A DNA stretch of 64,000 nucleotides from Felis catus (Eukaryota), in contig NC_058368.1 of assembly GCF_018350175.1 (NCBI RefSeq), positions 196,480,001 through 196,544,000 of the forward strand, read 5' to 3'. Positions within the stretch are counted from its first letter, which is position 1, and each line of letters opens with the position of its first letter. The notes beneath the pieces were generated by a model. That model was not told the DNA's origin, searched no databases, and saw nothing but the letters and a program-made list of their open reading frames with translations. Below, in pieces: positions 62,940-64,000 of the stretch. A program made the position numbers and the translations under genes.

Positions 62940-63910
62940 CTGAAGTGAAACCTAGCCGAATGACCCAAGTGGAGACGGTCTGGAATCAGACAAGAATGGT
63001 ATACTATTTTCCCGCCAGTGTCACAGAATGTTCCACATTTGTACAAGTCCCTGCACGACACTCACTGTCTTGCAAATGTATTTCCAATCTGCATACTTTT
63101 CTCCATGTACCACTGTCACCAACATCCTGGTCACCATTGTTTCCTCCTGGACTGATGCAGTCTCTTCCCACCTCCTCTCCTGTAGCTCTGCCATCTGCTC
63201 TCCACACAACAGGCGGAGTGATCTTTTTGCACTGTTAAGTCTGATTCGGTCACTTTCTGCTTAAGATCACTTAGTGTCTTTTCATTCACTTAGAATAAAA
63301 TTCAAACTTAGCTTGACCTACGAGACTTTGGCTTGGCTCTTGCTTCATTCTCTTTCCGTGTCTCCTCTCGATACTGGTAGTTCCCAGAACAGGGTATGTA
63401 GCACTCTGTAAGTGTTCAGAACACTGACTTCGTGCTGAGTCTCCCAGGAGTTGAATCCCAGTCCTGTCGTGTGTAAGCTGTGTAAAGCATGCAAAGTAAC
63501 AAGTTACGTTTATGAAGTAGATCTTCAGTAATTGGTTTCCATCTCCTCGGTAATCAGTTCTCATCTCAGTAAATGGTACCACCATCCATGGGATTGCTCA
63601 GTGCTCCAGCCAGAAATCTGGGAGTTACCTTTTGACTCCCCCTGCACCTCACATGCAGTCCATCAGCAAGATCTACAAAAACGTAGACCCAAACTATTTC
63701 TCACCATATCCACTATTCCTGTAATCCCAGTCACCATTCTCTCACTTTGGGACTCACACAGCAGCCTCCTAACTAGTCTCCCCTGCCTTTTCTCTGACCC
63801 CCTTCAGTTCCATTCTTTACCTAACAGTCATCTTTCTCCTCACTTAAAATCCTTCAGTAGCTTCCCTTTACATTCAAATTAACATATCCCAACCGTCTAT
63901 GGCCTATTAG
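62940..63910 (+). mobile_element. Degraded L2-like fragments
   Basis: aaatggtaccaccatcca...ccagaaatctgggagttacctttgactcc...cagcctcctaactagtctccctg resemble L2. Confidence 0.55.
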
Positions 63911-64000
63911 GCTAGCTTGCTTTCATCTTCAGAGTTAGGGCCACCTCTTGGGGAAATGATTTTAACCATCAGGTTCTGCACTTTGCAACCAAAGGACTCT

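Overview
Mammalian genomic DNA, almost certainly a cat (Felidae): the CSF1R sequence matches feline c-fms as I recall it, and the SINEs are carnivore Can-SINE/SINEC type. The + strand (1.7-14.8 kb) carries the last 12 exons of CSF1R (transmembrane helix, split tyrosine kinase, C-tail, 3'UTR). The - strand (62.5 kb down to about 14.9 kb) carries the complete HMGXB3 gene. I traced its 19 coding exons by GT-AG boundaries; they join into a 3879-nt ORF (1292 aa), preceded by a CpG-island first exon. The two genes end tail-to-tail about 200 bp apart. HMGXB3 introns hold about 20 Can-SINEs (three nested pairs), decayed L1/L2/MIR copies and MER DNA-transposon fossils. I see no wholly new multi-gene system. 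The best leads are: (1) the HMGXB3 5' leader, with a stop-free AUG-less frame continuous with the CDS, an overlapping uORF and a start-stop element; (2) an in-frame 48-bp duplication of the HMGXB3 exon 13 end plus donor; (3) the v-fms oncogene C-terminal peptide encoded in the CSF1R 3'UTR; (4) a stop-free in-frame CSF1R intron whose acceptor has (TG)n instead of a pyrimidine tract; (5) a duplicated exon-pair/C4 zinc module in HMGXB3; (6) back-to-back poly(A) signals. Exon numbers follow human convention. Repeat boundaries and subfamily names are by eye and approximate.
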